The notes under the pieces were generated by a model. The model did not search any database, was not told the DNA's origin, and worked only from the letters and a program-made list of their open reading frames with translations. From positions 1,736,001 through 1,800,000 of the forward strand of contig JAMWBK010000008.1 of the NCBI GenBank assembly GCA_029953675.1: a stretch of DNA of 64,000 bases. Direction: 5' to 3'. The stretch's first letter is position 1; each line of letters starts with the position of its first letter. Both the position numbers and the translations under genes were made by a program. Positions 58,912 to 64,000 of this stretch are shown piece by piece. The stretch is from Rhodosorus marinus CCMP1338. Lineage: Eukaryota > Plantae > Rhodophyta.

Positions 58912-59439
58912 ATGATGAGGTTCTTCTTGAGAAAATCTGGCTTCTCGTTAGTGAGGAGCGTCCAGAATGGGATTCGATCTGGATCGGGGTTGAGGAAGAC
59001 GGTTGGCGGTCGATGGATGATCAGAGCGACTGTGTATGGAGGGGGAGGATTGGCTGCTGCACTAGGAAGAGGAAGTTTATTAAGGACTGCGGAGTTCAGT
59101 CGCGTTCCTGCAGCTTTTGAGGTTGTCGAGGACGATGAGAACGAGGAAAAGGTGGAGACTGAGCTGGATATCGTCCTGGCGCGCGCGATGGAGATCGTTA
59201 AGAGGCTCCTCGCGTCTTTGGTGGTATGCACCGTTCTCGCTGCGGCGGCTTTCCTCGCACAGGCAGCGCTCCCGATCTTTGCAAGTGCCCTAGCCGTGGC
59301 TTTTTTGCTGAAGCCCACACAGGCCAGCTTCGCGAGCTGGTACGAGACGGAGAGACTGAGGGACGCGGCGGATCGAGATGATCTAATCGACAAAATGATA
59401 TCACACGCCGCTTCTGTGATCGATATACAGGTGCGATAG
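58912..59439 (+). CDS. Small membrane protein of unknown function, probable organellar presequence
   Basis: 175-aa ORF; basic N-terminus, acidic patch, long hydrophobic stretch LLASLVVCTVLAAAAFLAQAALPIFASALAVAFLL. Confidence 0.55.
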   Translation: MMRFFLRKSGFSLVRSVQNGIRSGSGLRKTVGGRWMIRATVYGGGGLAAALGRGSLLRTAEFSRVPAAFEVVEDDENEEKVETELDIVLARAMEIVKRLLASLVVCTVLAAAAFLAQAALPIFASALAVAFLLKPTQASFASWYETERLRDAADRDDLIDKMISHAASVIDIQVR

Positions 59440-59664
59440 CCGACTCCATCCGTGCTCCAGAGTCGCCGTTCTCACCATCTTCTCAACTCATCCTGACACT
59501 TAGGGCTATGAGCACGTTGACGCGGGCATTGCTCGCCTTGTTTTCGTGAGGACACCGCGCAACGACCAGGTCCGTGTCTACATCGGCATTCTCCGAGGTT
59601 GGAATTTCCTGATGAGCTACGAAGACAACGGCGCCGGCGTTGAGGAGTCGCAGCATCGGTCCTC

Positions 59665-60526
59665 CTAAGTGGATCGACAGATTTTGGAGGTCTTCCGCAA
59701 GGAGTCTCGCACGAACTTTCTCTGCATAAAGACGACATAAGGCATCGCTAGCCTCGCCAGGAACCCGCGTGGCTTCGAAAATGAGGTAATCTGCATACTG
59801 ACATCGCCGCCTCCTGGCTTGTCCCATTCAACACTCACAACCTCCTCGCCTTGGAGGAAGTGACGGTCGGCTGTACCCCATCCGATTGAGACCCTATGTC
59901 GTTTCTGGGATGAGAGGAAGGAAGCGTTTGTGTACAGATCTGTTCAGCCATTCCGAAGGAGGGTAGAAGGGAAGCTCGTTGGTAGCGTTTACCTCCTCAA
60001 CGAAGAGTAGCTTGGACGCCATGAGTAGCCAGAAGAAAGGAAAAGGAGACTGGGCGACGACGATGGGAACAGATCGATCTTCGAGACGAGGCACGAAGAA
60101 CTCGCACCAGTTGTGAGAAAGTGCTCTTCCCGAACGTATCATTTGCGCTGCTTTGTTGAAATCCTGATCCGATTAGTTGGGAAAGGGTTAGCTTTAGGTG
60201 CGACATCCTGTGCTTTCTTGTTGGTAGCATTTGGGGGGACCTACCTTCTCCCCTCTACCAACCACTCCTTTACCATAGTTTACACGGTAGGAACGAGGTA
60301 CTAATTCACTAAACTCATCCTTAGACACGTCGAGAGCTTTCTGCGTCAACCCGTGCTTGGGATAGGAAGCTAGGTCTGAACTTCCCGGGCGGTTTCTAAA
60401 GGAATCCACAGCAAAGCTCGTCGGGCTTCCTCCCAGGAATAAACCAGGGATCAGCATCGCTCGTCTACGATTTTTTGTTTTTAAACACTCCTCCGTTTTC
60501 TCTGCAACGGATCTCCCGGTCTCCAT
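59665..60526 (-). CDS. DUF1990/UPF0548-family protein, 3 exons
   Basis: Spliced: YRVNYGKGVVGRGEK | DFNKAAQMIR...HNW...FWLLMASKLLFVEE | IGWGTADRHFLQGEEVVSVEW...QITSFSKPRGFLARLAMPYVVFMQRKF; matches the GT...H...GEE.F.V and SFS.P...L...P....Q pattern of the family. Confidence 0.85.
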
Positions 60527-63191
60527 CGTTCCTCAGCCGGCCGAGCGAAACTGGCAGGAAGCGCTCACGTCGTCGGCGGGTATCATGAGATTCGGTTGTT
60601 CGGGGATCTTTGGAACTGACCCTTCCATTATTGTTGAGAATGAAGGCGTTGGTAGAAAGATCCGTTATGCTTTGATGGTACCTCAATGGGGAAATGTCCC
60701 ACTCGAAATGAAGTGAACCAATCCCGAACAGAAGTCGTCTTGCCCTATCGGAGAAGGTGTGATGGAACCGGGAAAACTGTGGGGTGGGAGGGGCCGGGCG
60801 GGGGGGGGGGGGCTCCGTAAGTGCTGCTCACGGAGCTAGTACGAGCAGACAACCACCAAACCTAAAATTGGAAAACGGCTGCCAGAAGGAAAAACGATTT
60901 TCTTCTATCTGTCAGCGCCCCATTTCAGATGACTACGCGTACACAATCCCATTTTGCCAGAAGCTGCCCCCCCGTCGTAGCTATGTGAATAAGTCATGGA
61001 AAACAATTTCACAAAAAGCGAAACAGAGTTCGTATATGCTAAAAGGCGTCTTGTTCTTCTCCATCGATTCTCTAGAATCGATTTCGACATCAATATAACA
61101 AAAACCTTTCCAGTGACTCTCCTCGGACTCTGTTTCAGGCTAGCCCTTTCCCCCCCTCAACCACACCAAACGGAAAGACAGAATGGAAAACGTCAAAAAG
61201 TGTCGAAAAGGCATTTTCTTCAACCCAAACCCTCTCCCTCTCAAAAACCCCTCAAAGTTTTGTCACAAACGGTACATTTGTTCTTTTTTTCATTTCAAAG
61301 AAAAAAACGTCGTTTTCTTTCGTGCGTTTATTAGCGTTTCCCATCAACACAAAAGGTTGTTCGCCTTTTTTAAAAAAAAACAACTGTAATATTGAAAATT
61401 CTGATCTGAGATAAGGGACCATTTTTGTTTTGTTTTTTGAGGAAAACTCAGTTGCTTTTTAATAATAAATAAAATCGCCGGACGAAAAAAACGTAGAAAT
61501 TAGGAGTTCGCCAATAGTTTCGCGTCTGGACGAAACTATGTTCGGTATTTGAATCTAACATGAATATCGTTGTTCCAATTAAGTATGGATATGTTGGGAA
61601 AGGGTTAATTTTCTATATATGATTGGATTTTATTGTTTAGTTTTTTAAAAAACTATTTGAATATTGGATCTTTAAAGATATATGACTGGGTAGAGTGCTT
61701 GACATACTATATTAGATTGTATGGTAATTGGTATTCCGGTTTACTCCTCCGTTCTGGTTGGATATATCGCGCAGAGCGGACGCATTTGTTTAATAGAAAG
61801 CAAAAGTGCCACAGCGCTGAAACCGTATTTTGTCACTAGAGAGCACATTCCTGATTTTCGGATTCCTTGGGGTTTCCTCTCTGAGACTTTGGACTCCGGA
61901 CAGCGTAGAAACTGTTTTTTTGCGTTTTTTTTTTAGCGTGTGCCATGAGGGTTAAAAGGACAGCTGTAAAGACCAAGGATTCCGCATCCTGTTCGTGAAA
62001 ACGCCACAACCACGATTGAAAAGCAAAGGGGGTTAGCCCAACCCCCCCAAACGAACTAGTACTCAATAAAATAAAGAAATATTACAAATGCGATCAGTGG
62101 TTAGTGAAAAGTACTACCCCATTCCATGTTCATTAGTAAGCAAGGACATTGCAGTTTCCCGCATCGAGGGGGTCAATAGGCTGGCACTTCCCTTTTTCCT
62201 TCCCTCGCGGAAATAATTTAAAAATTACAAGGATCCCCTTTCCCCCCCCCCAAAAAAAAAAACAACAAAATCTCAATCAACCTGGCAACCAAAACTTCAC
62301 AAATTTATATTATTTTTTGCTCTCTTCATAAAAGACTCTGATTAAAAACCCCTTAAAAACCCCACCAAAACCCTCCACTACCTCAAAAATTGCAAATCCA
62401 CCCCCTCCCAGTTCTTTCCTCTTTTTAAATCATCTACCCTCTCCACCACCCCCCAAGCACAATCTAAGTTGAAACTATTTTGTGAAAATAAATAGGACGA
62501 TGATATGTAAATGTAACACTAAAGTTAGGGGGGTACAATTTCGGAGCTTATTTTATTGTGGAGAATGATCCTTTTTTTATTGTTTGGTGAGTTAAGTGTT
62601 TTTAATTGATTTTTCTATATTGAAATATTTGGTGTTCAATAATAAAAATTGCTGGGCCAGATTTTTTTTGGGGGGGGGTAGGGGTTTGAGTGGCATTTTT
62701 TTGTATATATATATATATATATATTATTTTTTTCCCAATGTTACCTTTGTAAAAATGATCTTGTTGATGTTTTTTTTTATTATGTTTTGGTGTTGTTTTT
62801 TTGTGTTTGATTTGGGAGAAGTTGAGTGTGAAAAGGAGAGATTTTTTTTTGCTGGGTTTGGAAGTGTGCGTTTAGAGGAGAGGGAAGAGGGAGGGATGGG
62901 AGGGAGGAAGAGGGAGGGAGTGTTGGATGGGATAGGAGTATTTGTATTTGGATGTGAAGAGTTTTTTGTTGTAGGGTGGTATGGATTTGTTATGGGTAGA
63001 GAGGAGGGAAAGGTGGAGAGGTGGTGGGATAAGTTAGGAATTGGAATGGATGACGGTTTATTGGGTGAGTTTAGGGAGGATGTGTTGATTTTGTGAGTAT
63101 TTTCTAGGGAGGGGGGTTTGAGTGGAGGTTGGGATTTTCGTGTTGTTTTTTGTTTGGTTTTCGTTTTCGTGGGAGAGGTGATATCGGCTGA

Positions 63192-64000
63192 ATGATGGAG
63201 GTTCAGAGTTCCTTTGATACCTCTGGTAGGAGGAATTCTGGCAACTCGAGAAGACCAGGGCGCCCGGCGACCTACATATTTGATCGTCCCGATGATGAGC
63301 TGACGGAGGAGGATCGCAAGTTGAAGAATGCGGTGTTGAAAAGGAGAAGTCGCCAGAATAGGTCATATCAGAAACGCAAGATGATGAAACTTGCGCAGAA
63401 GCAGGCAAACGGACAAGCTGTTGATTTCCTGACCGTGGCGGGTGCAAATGGAAGCGCAGCAGGCCCCGAGGATATCAATGAGGATGTTGACGAGGTGACG
63501 GCAGTTGATCTAGTTGATATGGTGTCAAGGGTGGAGACCCAGCCGGAGGTCGTGCCAACCTCAGAGGAGCTAGGGGAGGATCTCGAGGAGTGCGTGCTCA
63601 TGGCCGTGAAAGGTACAATGGATCGCAGTCTGAGCATTTCGCATTCTAGCGGTGTCAAGGATGTCCTCTTTGGAAGCCTGCGAGATCGCTTTGCGGAACT
63701 CCCTGGGGAAGGGCAAGGTGCGCTCCGTGCGCTTTCGGTGTTTCCGAGGGACTTTGACATGGCTTCGGCCGCCGCCGTGATGGGTCGAGGTAGCGGCGAT
63801 GACCTCTCCCAGGCGATCGACCTCATGCAGCCCTTGTTCACCTCCGGCTTTATTTCCTCCTCGAACGGGCGCTTCGAGCTGAACCAGGTGACCAAGCTCT
63901 TCCTTACTGAGGAAGTGCCCTTTGGCGGCGATACCTTAGTCACCGAAAGGCGGGATCCGTCAGTGTCCCGGTATATAGATCATTTCCAAAACTTGCTGAG
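63192..64000 (+). CDS. 5' part of a putative transcription regulator: GRP motif, basic helix and STAND-type winged-helix region (runs off the window)
   Basis: Open frame from ATG 63192 to the window end, absent from the ORF track because no stop is reached. RRPGRPATYIF, KLKNAVLKRRSRQNRSYQKRK, ALRALSVFPRDFDMASAAAV...RFEL. Confidence 0.8.
   Translation, partial: MMEVQSSFDTSGRRNSGNSRRPGRPATYIFDRPDDELTEEDRKLKNAVLKRRSRQNRSYQKRKMMKLAQKQANGQAVDFLTVAGANGSAAGPEDINEDVDEVTAVDLVDMVSRVETQPEVVPTSEELGEDLEECVLMAVKGTMDRSLSISHSSGVKDVLFGSLRDRFAELPGEGQGALRALSVFPRDFDMASAAAVMGRGSGDDLSQAIDLMQPLFTSGFISSSNGRFELNQVTKLFLTEEVPFGGDTLVTERRDPSVSRYIDHFQNLL

Noticed and set aside
59483-59827. 114-aa ORF on the minus strand
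   Set aside because: Out-of-frame overlap with the last exon of the DUF1990 gene.

Overview
Eukaryotic nuclear DNA with short GT-AG introns, intronless lineage-specific genes and AT-rich, homopolymer-rich spacers. A red alga is the most likely source; this is inferred from the 'M..GFV'-type plastid transit peptides on THIC and sHSP, the gene set and the compactness, and was not verified. The window has two compartments. The left ~26 kb is transposon-rich and gene-poor. It opens with a dense, mostly head-to-tail stack of 5'-truncated 3' ends of several families of RLE-type (CRE-like) non-LTR retrotransposons (1-5.7 kb). It also holds nested Ty1/Copia and Ty3/Gypsy remnants, a hAT-like MITE, a decayed SNF2/BRM gene fragment, a secreted RTX-repeat protein and the first of two paralogous novel 3-TM proteins (the second follows at 26.6-28.8 kb). 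The right ~35 kb is gene-dense: plastid sHSP with a phased heat-shock element, SEC20, a secreted unknown, RbfA-like, THIC, uL18m-like, Derlin, PTPA, a pseudo-starch-synthase/CBM48 protein, a tandem CAP_N protein, a DUF1990 protein and a truncated basic-region/winged-helix protein. The most notable items are (i) the retroelement 3'-end stack, which resembles a retrotransposon-built chromosome end, and (ii) a splice model, not visible in the ORF track, that joins SEC20 to an ~820-aa acidic luminal tail ending in -EYEL. No tRNA, rRNA or CRISPR features were found. All family assignments come from motif recognition by eye; no database searches were run.
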